A program made the translations under genes and the position numbers. A stretch of 59,208 nt of DNA, counting the filler, from Basidiobolus ranarum (taxonomy: Eukaryota), in the NCBI GenBank assembly GCA_040143965.1. It is 5 parts of 5 records of this genome, joined end to end, with 100 filler letters (N's around TTAATTAATTAA, not from the genome) between each part and the next. Parts side by side here need not be neighbours in the genome. Positions count along the whole stretch, not along the records: positions 23,784 to 35,544 come from JASJQH010007465.1; positions 35,645 to 47,386 come from JASJQH010007466.1; 3 more parts are not named here. One strand, 5' to 3'. Below, in pieces: positions 25,692-36,970 of the stretch. Position 1 is the first letter of the stretch. Every line of letters starts with the position of its first letter. The notes beneath the pieces are model-generated. The model was not told the DNA's origin and ran no database searches. It worked only from the letters and a program-made list of their open reading frames with translations.

Positions 25692-26159
25692 ATGACATAT
25701 CAATTCAAAATGCACTTTCTAACATTCCTTTTTATCTCTGCTACATTGGCTCACGAAATCGTTGGTCAGTATGTATTTTATGGAAATTACATCCATTCCG
25801 TGAACATTACAACTTTGGAGTACATCACTGATGGTGTCATCGTGGTGGATGCTGCAGGAAAAATTACTCAGGTGGAGAAGAGCTCGTCTGAGTCGGAGGC
25901 CAAACTCATTGCTCACAACCACGGAGTAAATCTAACTCAGTTAGATAACCACAAGTTTATCATGCCGGGATTGATTGATACTCATATTCATGCTCCTCAA
26001 TATGTTTTCACCGGTTCTGGTATGGACTTGCAATTACTTGAATGGCTCGAAAACTACACTTTTCCACGTGAAGCACAGTTTAATAACACCAAATATGCCA
26101 CAATGGCATATAATTTGGCAGTCGGTGCGAAGTGCTTGTACTGCCGACTCTGGATCTAA
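25692..26159 (+). pseudogene. 5' fragment of a guanine deaminase (amidohydrolase) with a signal-peptide-like leader; remainder missing
   Basis: FIMPGLIDTHIHAPQY and LLEWLENYTFPRE are guanine deaminase motifs. Similarity stops at ~26122, before the expected GTTT motif. No downstream exons were found before the neighbouring MFS gene. Confidence 0.8.
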
Positions 26160-27291
26160 AGAATGCCAAGGTAGATTAAGTGCGCTGTCCTTCTCCATGG
26201 CCATTTGATGTGTTTATCTTTGAATAATCATCAAGGTTTCAATGCTCTTTTATATTACCATAGATCTGAAATTTGGAAATTACTAAGTAAGAATTGGAAG
26301 TGGACAAACCACTTTCACCATGCTAAATGTATCTGCGGACACCAATGCCAAATAGAGATAGTAGGCGATCGATATCCCACCACGTGATCATGCGGATCCA
26401 ATAGCAATATGAAAGACTATTCCAAGGCGGCTGGAAACCGATGATAGAGTGTAACATGGAACTCATTGGATCAACTAGGGATAAGTTAAAAAGCATTATA
26501 CGTACCTGAGTCACACTGAGATCACATATACTTTTGATTTGGTTAGGATATCCGGGCCCCAATCGGATTGTATAGCTCAAGGAGCAAAACTGCGTATGAA
26601 ATATCCAATTATATTATCAGTGAAATAAGCCAGTTAATTTTATCTTATGGTCGTATACAAGAATCTGTGTAGTAAGGGGAGTGAGCTACATATGTATTTT
26701 TCCATAATCATAATAATTGAACTACCATTTGGTGAATCATCCCTAAGATGCTATACTAGTTACTTTGCAGTCAATCAAATTCACGCTACAATTGATGGCT
26801 TACCAACATCAGAGCACAACGTTTACCTAATGTTCTGCATGAAGTAACCATTACTTGATTTTCTTAAACTGACCTACTAAGCCAGATGTTTTTACCCCAC
26901 GTGTAACTATAGCTCTCCTATCTTCCCCAGGGTGGTATCAGTATTAGTCTTCATTGTGTACAGTCCAATCCACTGTCCAATTTCGCTGAACGTATTATTG
27001 CAGTAGCCAAAAAACTGTGAAGAATGGCGACAACCTCTTTGCACGTATCCTAGTTCCGAATGGAAAGATAGCTGTAGAGAGCCTTAACCTTGTAACACAA
27101 ATCAATGATAGCTATTCAAGGGTATTCTCTATAGAAGGAACTAAGCAAGAATTAAAGAGTACCAAAGTTACTTTTTTTCCTAAGTATATGTTTACATACT
27201 TCTAGTCAGAATGTTATTTAAGAAGAGTACGTATGATTCATGTAAGGCAGCCATTTCATGTAAAACTTTAACAAAAAATAGGGTATTTTAT

Positions 27292-28990
27292 TTAGCTAAT
27301 TACAGGATTTCTTCTAGGTTTAGCGATGATAAATGGAATCAACAGTGCATTCACAATTGCAAAAATCAATAGAGTGAATAGGAATCCGATTCTATCATAA
27401 GCAATGCCACCAATAATTGGTCCGATGAACATTCCTTTAAAATGAAATGATTTAGTAAATCTTACTACACTGAAGATTCTAAAGTTCTCTACTTACCGCC
27501 ACTAAATGCCATGTTAAAAAGACCGAATGCTTGAGCAAAAGCGCCCCCACCAAGCTTACGGATATAATCACCAAGCTCCGGCTGAACTGGGGTCATGACC
27601 TAAAATCTAGTTTAAAGGCCTGGTCATTTTTACCAACAAATAAGTCACAGGAAACTTACCATGGATTGACTAGCACCACATAACATCATCACAATGACGA
27701 GTGACCAAGCGGCCTTTGGAACAGCGAGAAAAGTTATGATCGCTGAGAAGGCGGTCAAACCAATGCTACATATAAACATGCGTCCAAAGCGATCACTCAG
27801 CCATCCAGAAATCGGGGCAATGAATACATTGGGAACCACCAACGCGATGAATAACAAGCCGATGGTACCAGTGCTGTATCCAAACTCTTCGCCAAGGTAG
27901 ATCGTAAGTGTAGGCTCAACACCTAATAATAAATATCTTTAGAATGAGATCGTTCATGGTGGAGGTAATTAGGTTTCAGATAAGTACATGCGTAAGCCGA
28001 GGAAGATAGTAGTGTAATTAGGAAGCATTTGATAATAGGCCAATGCTTCAACATTGTAAGCATGTTCAAAGGTTTTTGTTCTGCCATTGCGTTATCCACA
28101 TTTTCAGTATCTGCTTCTGGCGTCTTCTCTGTACTATCTTGAAGTTCTCTAGTAGCCTCCTCTATAGCATTTGACATCTCTCTCATTTGAGCATCACTGG
28201 GTGCGATGCATAGTCGTACCAAAAAATCGAAAAAGCAAAGCACTGAGCATAAAATAAATGGAGAAGAATCACTAGAATTTTCAAAAAGAAGTCCACCAAT
28301 GGTTGGCCCAATAGCAAAGCCAATTCCGTGACCACCCATAGCGGTTCCTACAGCGACACCGAATTGATGAGGAGGGAAAGCGTCGGCTAACATCGCTACA
28401 CCGATGACCCAAGAAGCCGCTGCTGAAATTCCTTGGATGATACGTATGATCAAAAATTGCCAAAAAGTGTTTGCCAGCGGGAAAAGAGCGCAGGCGATAC
28501 ATAGACATAGCAGACTGATAAGCATGGGAAGCTTTCGCTTTTTATAGCGATCGCTAAGAAGTGCAAATATCGGAGTTGCACCTAGCAAACCAGCAGCTAT
28601 TCTGGAGGTTATTGAGAAGTCCATGTAGAATTACATATTCAGAAGACATACCAAAAGAGCCCATAAGAAGGCCAACAGTAGTAGAATCCCCATGAAGTTT
28701 CTTTTCAACAATTGAAGGTAGAATAGGAACCTGTAAACAAATTTTAACCGATAGTGTGAGCATTGAAGTGACTCGTATACAACATAATAGAGCTCCACTT
28801 ACCACAATACCGTATATAAGCATATCACTTTAAGAGATGAAAACATAGGTTAATCATTTGGAAAGAGCAAGAGGAAGTCTAGCAATGATACGTACGTAAA
28901 TATAGCCAAAGTAACCACGATTAAGACAGCTGTCCTAGACTCACGAAAGGCTTTAAACCGATCTATAATCCCATTTTTTTCGGTAGACAT
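27292..28990 (-). CDS. MFS transporter (DHA1/vesicular amine transporter-like), multi-exon
   Basis: TDMLIYGIVV-PILP, motif A (LSDRYKKRKLPM; GWLSDRFGR), RIIQGISAA, GPTIGGLL, final GPIIGG. About 12 hydrophobic segments and GT-AG introns. Confidence 0.9.
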
Positions 28991-29516
28991 GGAGAATATG
29001 CAAGTATCGAAGAGCTCGGTGCTTAAGAAGATAATAATAAAATAAATAATCCGAAGGGCATTGAAGAGTATTTATCTTTTGTCTTTGGGAGATAGGATTA
29101 GCTCAGAAGCTAGAGAAATTTACTTTATCCACAATAATTTACGAGAAAGGAAATTAGAAGATTTTCTCGATGATTCTTTCTCAACAATGCTACTACTTAG
29201 TATCATCTGAGGACATACATCCAACTATTTACAAATGGGTGAAGACAATATAGCTTCTTTAGGGATTGCTGCAAAATAAAGTGTGAATATCGTCCGCGAA
29301 AGATTATAATTGTCCGCCATATTAGAATATTCCAACTACGTCAACCACAATGAAAATCATCATCTGATTGTCAACAATAATACCAAATCTGGGATAACGT
29401 AAATCTGAGACAACGCCTAACTTGAACTTAAAATTTTCGTCCACATGCAGTCAGATAAAATGACCCTTGTACACCTCATTAGAGTTGAATCCATAGGCAT
29501 AAGCCACACTTTGAAG

Positions 29517-29558
29517 TTAGGGTTAGGGTTACAATTACGGTTAGCAAGATTAGGGTTA
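29517..29558 (+). repeat. Short degenerate TTAGGG (telomere-like/telobox) cluster
   Basis: ttagggttagggtta...ttacggttag...ttagggtta. Confidence 0.5.
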
Positions 29559-29619
29559 TGAAAATAGATTTATTTAATATCTACATCGAAGAGACTAGTA
29601 CCCAGCCAATGAAGTTTGA

Positions 29620-31344
29620 CTATTCCATCATATGATGATGAACATTTTCTCCAAAAAATAAATAGTGTAGCTGAGGAGTGACAATCAGAGCTTCTTCGTT
29701 ACTACTAGCAACAGATATATGCTGGGTGCGTCTCTTCAATTTCCTCGGACTCTTCGTATTATCCCTAAAGTCCCAAGAATCAAGCAATTCCCCAGACTCA
29801 CAAGAAATAAACTGAAGTTGGCATAACTGTTTGTTCATCACGGAGAGCGTAGGTTTAAGATTCGGGAATTTCGTGATGTGATACTTGGAGTATTTCGACA
29901 GTGCGTCGATGGAAGTATATCTGGTGTAACTGCCAGAGCTTCGGGTTAAATTCAAGAACACAAATTGGGAATGAGTTCGAATCGCAATAACTATCAAGTT
30001 TCGTGGGTTGAATGAAAATATTTGATTTTCATCATAATGTCTCCAATCATTAGACTCAGTCCAGAGTCTAACTGTGAATCGCGTACGCCAATCAATTTGC
30101 ATTTTCGGAATTCGATGATTTTCTCCACAAGAGTCGCACTTGATTTCAACGCAATTACTTGAATCTATTCCAACTTTTAGGCAATAGATTCCACTGTTTG
30201 TAGATGCTACTAATGGGTCAAGGGGGTGTACAAGCCAAGTTATAATAGCACAAGAATCTTCAATGTAACCACTCTGTCGGTCTGGCTGCTTTTGCCAGGT
30301 TACATTTGGGAATTCAAATTCATTCCAATGGCCCTTGGTAACTTGTAAATTTAAGTCAATGTTAAGTAGATGTGTTACGTGCCGCTTAGTACCGGCTTCA
30401 CCATGATGCATAAAAAAGTGCGCTTGGCCTGAAGTAAGCACCATGACTATAGGTAATCGAGGATGGAGGAAAACCTCATCAATCGCGTAAGTCTCTGTAG
30501 GCATCTTATTAACCTTTTCACCAAAATTTTCCTCGAATATTCCATTCATCTCTGGCTCGATAGTGAAGGTCACTGGAGTGTATATTTTCTCTCTTATATC
30601 GATGATAACACATTCAGGAGTAAGCTCAGAAGTCTTTTCCAATACCAATATGGGTTCTCTAAACCTTAAAAACCCCTTTTTAAGTTGTAGCGAGTTGACG
30701 TGTATATCATAGGATGAGTTTGTCTTGAAATTGAGGATATTTATGATGCGCTCTGTAGAAGATGACTCTTCATTCTCTAAAGATCGAATATCCGTAAGTA
30801 GCCACTGGCCATGCGCTATGAGGAAACAGATCTCTTCTGTTAATTGTGATAGTTGAATTAAACGGTCTGAGCCATCTTTCAAAGAATGAATGGTCAATTG
30901 AGTAGAAGAGTACGGTATCGTTCCAAGTAGGTTGGGATTCTCTCTTATAAGATGTACCTTAGCTTGAGAAGGTTTTTTGAATTTCTGGACTTGAAATTTT
31001 CTTTTAAGCCAAAAGTAAGATAACTGTGCACGCGCTCGGAATAACCAAAACCACTCGGATACTTGAGGAGTTACAGAATTGGTAGTAACACCTGAGTGTT
31101 TGTGGAATATCTTGTGTTTCACTTTAGTTTCCGTTTCTGAGATGAATTTACGACATTTCGCTCGCTCATAAGCGTCTAGCTCGATACTAAAGCATTGTAA
31201 CCATTGACGATGCCAGAATGCGTCATTGCAAAGGAGATAACCAAATAAACTTTTATTTGTTTTTAGTAACTTTTGAAAAGTTTGAGAAACGTCATTTACC
31301 TCGTTCAGTATGTAGAAAAAGACTTCACTAGGTAACTGTTCCAT
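29620..31344 (-). CDS. F-box-like protein with unrecognised beta-rich C-terminal region
   Basis: Intronless 574-aa ORF. The N-terminus MEQLPSEVFFYILNEV...TNKSL...NDAFWH matches the F-box pattern (LP.E....I, later D..W). Confidence 0.65.
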   Translation of the reverse strand: MEQLPSEVFFYILNEVNDVSQTFQKLLKTNKSLFGYLLCNDAFWHRQWLQCFSIELDAYERAKCRKFISETETKVKHKIFHKHSGVTTNSVTPQVSEWFWLFRARAQLSYFWLKRKFQVQKFKKPSQAKVHLIRENPNLLGTIPYSSTQLTIHSLKDGSDRLIQLSQLTEEICFLIAHGQWLLTDIRSLENEESSSTERIINILNFKTNSSYDIHVNSLQLKKGFLRFREPILVLEKTSELTPECVIIDIREKIYTPVTFTIEPEMNGIFEENFGEKVNKMPTETYAIDEVFLHPRLPIVMVLTSGQAHFFMHHGEAGTKRHVTHLLNIDLNLQVTKGHWNEFEFPNVTWQKQPDRQSGYIEDSCAIITWLVHPLDPLVASTNSGIYCLKVGIDSSNCVEIKCDSCGENHRIPKMQIDWRTRFTVRLWTESNDWRHYDENQIFSFNPRNLIVIAIRTHSQFVFLNLTRSSGSYTRYTSIDALSKYSKYHITKFPNLKPTLSVMNKQLCQLQFISCESGELLDSWDFRDNTKSPRKLKRRTQHISVASSNEEALIVTPQLHYLFFGENVHHHMME

Positions 31345-32231
31345 TGAATATTAACAGTGGCGACGTGTTCGTTCTCCTTAAATTTGATTTACATTACATA
31401 AAATATATTGAAAATCAGCCCAACTGATTTATATACAATTAAGAGTGGATATTTCTTTAACTTATCTAAGCTACAGAAAACAATGATTGTGTTTATAAAC
31501 AAATAAACATACACCAGTAGCACGAACTTTACAATCGGATCTGAATGTTCTGAAAGTGCGGTCCTTTCTATATTTGTATCAATAGATGTTCTTTTGGGAC
31601 TAGATCCTTGGAACCACTAGAAATATAATGTTGCAAGAAGTTTGTTCACTTATCCGGAAACAGCCAACAGGTCCCCAGTTCCAATAGGATCCGATGATGT
31701 TTCTTATTTAGTATCGGCAGAGACCAAATCCAGTCAGTTGTTTATTGCGCTATGCTTGGTCTAAATGATTGACTGCAACACATTTGAACAGTTTATTTGA
31801 CATAATATAATCTATATAATTTACAATACCCTCGCGGGAATAAAGTACGAATATATGTTACAGTAACTGTGAGAATATATACAACATCTAACTGGGCAAT
31901 AAATAAATATTTCTTGCCAAATTAATCATTTTTTTAAGTTTATTCCAAATACAGTGTGCTATAGTGAAATCATGACGTAAATATGCCAGTAATAACATAG
32001 ATAGCGGCGCATCTACCAAAATTTAAGGATTAGACGAATTGAAGGAGTTGCGTTGTAAAAAAGGTTTGCAATGGTACTTCAGCCGAAAGCTTATATATAG
32101 GCATGGAATCAGCTTGGGAATCAAGCATCACACATTCTCGTGGCATCTTCTTGAGTGTAAGTAGAGCAATTTACAGCGTATACATAGGGCCATCAGTATA
32201 TTTACTCACATTTTTGATTCCTAGTGTTCCA

Positions 32232-35200
32232 ATGAAGACTTCTTTTTCATCACCGATGTATACACTGGCTATACTGTGTATATGTATCTCTAGTATCTCA
32301 GCCGTTCCTTTCAACACGAGTAAGTTCTGTAATTCTATCAAGTCTTCTTGCAAATATCACTCACAAAAATATCATTGTTGGCAGTTAATGACTTTGGTGC
32401 TGATAAACAACAATGTAAATTACACACAAAGTACAACATGGAATGTCCCACACTTTGCGTCTCAGATATCAGGTTATGCCCACATGATTTAACTCCAAGC
32501 TGTCCTGCTGGTCAGGTATTTTGTGGAGATGGTGACTGTCGCGAGTCATGCCAAGGAATCAAGAGTATATGTAGTTGTGATGGATCCTCCTCTAACCTTG
32601 TACCCTGCCAAGGTAAAAAGAGAGTCAATATCCCTCAATTCGATCCTAAAAACTCCGATAAGCAAATATCAAATACTTGCTCATCATCCGTCGGTTTCTC
32701 AAACATCCCAGTATGGTCCAAGGAGCTATCTTCTGAAAGTGCGTGGTTGATTTGTCCACCCAAAACCCAAACTGGAAGCTTCACCTGGTCCGAGCCCATG
32801 TGGATTACAGTTTTCTCCATTGTTGGAGCCGAGTTTTTAATTCTGTGTTCTTGGGCAATATACAAACGTTTTTTGGAAAGGAACGCGACCGACATCTCTC
32901 GCGCCGAGACCGTTATTAATCGTATTGAAGAAAAAAAACAAGATAAGGAGAAAGATTATGACCAAGAACAGGATCAAGAGGATGTCGATGATTTCACCCT
33001 TACTGGTTACAGAAATGATTATTTGGGTAGCTTTGCATTTGGTTCCGTGATTTTTATGGGTTTGGCGTGGTTGGTATGGTTGGGAGTTATTACCGCTGAC
33101 TACTACGGTGCCATTAGTGGGGTAGCCTTGGATATGTTCTATGGCGATGGTGCTCTCTCTATGTGGGTGTATGTTGCTGCCTGGTACTTGGCAGCTGCTT
33201 GGTTACTTGGGATGAATGCTACTCGCGCTAGAATGAGAAATTTCTTTCGTATCAAATCCGATGCTACCCATTGTCAATTTGTTCAAATCGAGAAGCCTCT
33301 AACTACCACAATTCTATTGAGCGACAATAGCAGATTGTTAGGCTTAGTAACTTCCATAGAAAACAAACTCAAATCTGCTTTTAGTTGGGATTTTCATGTG
33401 ACAACCTCTGTAGTAAAGATGACAACACTTGGCCGTCGCTACTTCGAATTCCAATGCACACGTTATGTGTATGATGAGCATCTCGCTATTTACAAGCCCT
33501 TTGACGTGGAGATCGGTGATAGAAACTCCGAATTAGTCAGACTTAGCATGGGCTTAAACAATGAGACAGTCTTGCATCGTCGTGAATTGATAGGAGAGAA
33601 TTTCATTCAAGTTGATGTTCCTTCATTCCCTATTGCTCTATTGCAAGAATTCGCTTCTCTCTTCTACCTGTATCAGATTATGATTCTATGGCTTTTCTAC
33701 TACTTCAGCTACTATTACATTGGTCTCGTTGATACTTGTGTTATTCTCATTTCTGCCTTGATCAGGGTGTTTACCAGATTGAACTCTGAACATCGTGTAA
33801 AGAGAATGGCTGAGCATCAGAGTGAATGCATTATTCTTCGTGATAATCAATGGAAGAGTTTGTCTACCTCAGACCTTGTACCTGGTGATGTCTTTGAAGT
33901 TAAGAAAGGAATCACCGTCCCATGTGATGCCGTCGTACTCGGAGGAAACATCGTAGCAGATGAGAGTTCTTTGACTGGAGAGCCTCTTCCCATTCGTAAG
34001 TTTCCCCTCAAAGATGATGATTTGGAGTATGACCCACTCGGTTCTGGTAAAATCAGCACTCTATATGCAGGGACGATAATCTCTCAGGCTAGTTTGACAG
34101 GTGATATGAGGGGAGATAAAGTTACAGCACTTGTTACACGTACAGGTACCTCTACCGACAAAGGTCAACTCGTTCGTCGCATTCTTTTTCCGAATCCAAT
34201 CGCATTTATCTTTGACATGCAACTCAAGATTGTTATGCTAGTACTTCTAATTTGGGGTCTTCTGTGTTTCGTTGCTTCTATTTGGCTTGGTGGCAAGGGA
34301 GGTATTGCCTCTTGGTTCTATGGTATGTTCGCTATCTCACAGATCATTAGTCCTTTATTACCTGCAGCTCTTGTTGTTGGACAAACAGTAGCGGCCAAAC
34401 GTCTTCGGGATAAACAAATATTCTGTGTTGATCTTCCCAGAATCATCATTGCTGGTAAAATTCAAATGTTCTGCTTCGATAAAACTGGTACTTTGACAAA
34501 GGAGGGTTTAGAATTCTATGGTGTTCAACCAGTTGATGGCTACGAACAAAGAATTGGACAGGATCTATCTCAAACCACCTTTGGGTTCGGACCACACACT
34601 GAAAACTTTGTTGATATCACCAGTTTATTTAAGGTTGGTCTTGCCACATGTCACTCCGTCACTCAGGTGGAGGATCAATTGATTGGTAATCCGGTAGATA
34701 TCGAGATGTTCCGCTCTACCAGATGGCAACTCCAGGACCAGCCTGAACACGGATTTGTTGATTCGCTGAGATCATCTGATGGCCCCAATGGTCAACTCAT
34801 TCATGTTGTCAAACGTTTCGAATTCATCCACGCTAGAGCCTCAATGTCAGTCGCAGTTCTGGACCCTGTCACACAGCATGTTCACATATTTGTTAAAGGA
34901 TCATTTGAGAAGGTCAAAGAGCTATCAAATCCGAACTCTGTTCCAGCTGACTATGATTTGATGGCCAATAAACTTGCCATGGAAGGCTGCTATGTTTTAG
35001 CCATGGCTCACTGTGACTTGGGCAAAATCGACCCAACCACTGTTCGTTCACTGAGTCGTGAACAATTAGAGTCAAACATCGACTTTATGGGACTTGTTCT
35101 TTTCAAGAATATGCTCAAACCAGATACCAAGGAAGCTATTGAGGAGCTCAAAGCTGGTGATACTCGTACTCTCATGATTACTGGAGATACCGCTTTGACA

Positions 35201-35544
35201 GGCATTTATATTGCACGTGCCTGTGGAATGCTTCCATCCGATAATCAAGTTCTACTTGGTGATGTCGATCGTAACGGAGCCGTTGTCTGGACGGATGTTG
35301 ACTCTGGAGAAGTTTCTGATGTAGAGAAAGCCCTTGAACATAAGCATACTCATCCTGTAGAATTGGCAGTTACAGCAAAAGCCTTCAATGTCCTTTGTGA
35401 TATGGATCAAATAAGAAATCTACTGTTGGATATTCGAGTTTTCGCTCGTATGAAACCTCACGACAAGGTCGAGTGCGTTCAATTACACATGGAGCGTGGT
35501 GTTACTGCTATGTGTGGTGATGGTGGTAATGACTGTGGAGCTCT
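32232..35544 (+). CDS. P5-type P-type ATPase with signal peptide and Cys-rich N-terminal domain; 3' end cut by the contig end
   Basis: Exon 1 32232-32319, intron 32320-32384 (gtaagt...gcag), then a long exon with LVPGD, PCD, DESSLTGE, LYAGT, FCFDKTGTLT, GNPVD, RFEF, VKGS, MITGD, VFARMKP.DK and MCGDGGNDCGA. Confidence 0.93.
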
Positions 35545-35644
35545 NNNNNNNNNNNNNNNNNNNNNNNNNNNNNNNNNNNNNNNNNNNNTTAATTAATTAA
35601 NNNNNNNNNNNNNNNNNNNNNNNNNNNNNNNNNNNNNNNNNNNN
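35545..35644. other. Artificial contig spacer
   Basis: N44-TTAATTAATTAA-N44. Confidence 0.97.
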
Positions 35645-35648
35645 AGTC

Positions 35649-36648
35649 ATGATATTGAAGACAACATTTTATTCATTTATCGGGGGTTTAATAGTGTTAT
35701 TGACTTGGAATATCTTCACTGAGAAACCTAATATGTCCAAAATTCCCACTGCTCAATACAAGTCTGCTTTACAAACCTTTCAAAGTCAGGGTTTACGTGC
35801 TCTCGTTTTAGGTGGTACTGGTAAGTTTGGAAATAGTTTACTTTTTATCACGAATGAGCCTGTTTAATTATCAAATTCACTTTGTTCTTTAGGTGCGGTT
35901 GGAAAGTCTGTTTTAAGCGATTTATTAGAAACCGGTATCTTTAAGACTGTGACTTCCGTTGGTCGTAGAGAAGTTCCCTATGACGGACCTAACAAAGAAA
36001 CTTTGGTCAGTTCGAGACTTTCTTATCTATTCATCGAACTTATTCCCGGAAAACTAACTACAGTTCCCCCTTTCCTTTTAGGTTCAAGAAGTTGTGAACT
36101 TTGAGAAGATCGGAGAGAGTAGGGAGAAATTCCGGGATCAGAATGTAGTATTCTGCTCTTTTGGTACTACTAAAGCGGCCGCCGGTTCTGCGGAAGCGTT
36201 CGTAAAGATTGACAAAGATTATGTTATTTCCACTGCCAAGATAATTCATGAAGAGAATTTATCTAAAGATAGTCCAAGTACTTCGAATGTTCATTTTATT
36301 TACGTTTCTTCCGCCAATGCCAACAAAAATTCCTGGTTTTTATACCCTAAAACTAAGGGAGAAATAGAGGAAGAATTATCTAAGATTGGATTTAAAAGAT
36401 TAAGTATACTTCGTCCTGGTATTTTATATACTCAAGGTGGACGTGAAAACCCTCGTCTTTTTGAAACTATTGCTCAGAAAATCTCTTCAATGACTTTCGA
36501 AAAGGCATTGGGGGCTTCTGTAAACACCGTAGCTCGCGCTATGCGTTGGGTCGCAGTTAATCCATCTAAGGTGACCGAGACGAACGAACATGGAACATTA
36601 GTGGAAGTTCTTAGCAATGGGGACATTCATCAATTGGACCAATTTTAA
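35649..36648 (+). CDS. TIP30/CC3/HTATIP2 (Fmp52-like) atypical short-chain dehydrogenase, 3 exons
   Basis: ALVLGGTGAVG, VGRRE, FCSFGTTKAAAGSAEAFVKIDKDYV, YVSS.NAN.NSWFLYPKTKGEIEE, ILRPG. The start may be 35649 (hydrophobic leader) or ~35733. Confidence 0.9.
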
Positions 36649-36970
36649 AGTCGATAGCTTAGAGTCGATAGCTGAATCTTTTTTCTTATTACTTTCTTCA
36701 ATAACATTAACTGTCCATCAAGCTTGGTTATTCTTCAAAAAGAAATAGTAAACATAAAAAAAACTTCCAGTCTAGATGTTGTCTTACGTTTTATATTAAA
36801 ATTCTGCTGTTTTACACTAGTGATTGAAAGAAATATTTCAGAAAAATGATGATGGAAGAGAATATAAACTAATCTACACAAGAAAGTAAAGAGGTGAATG
36901 GATTACATAGTCATGATGATAATGTCTAAGAAAGAAAAGTGGGAGGGGGGGATGTTGTATGAGATGTGAA

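Noticed and set aside
26130-26600. Possible degraded LINE endonuclease interrupting the guanine deaminase (TMLNVSADTN, HYTYLSH)
   Set aside because: Only a faint motif resemblance with several stops. It needs a profile search.
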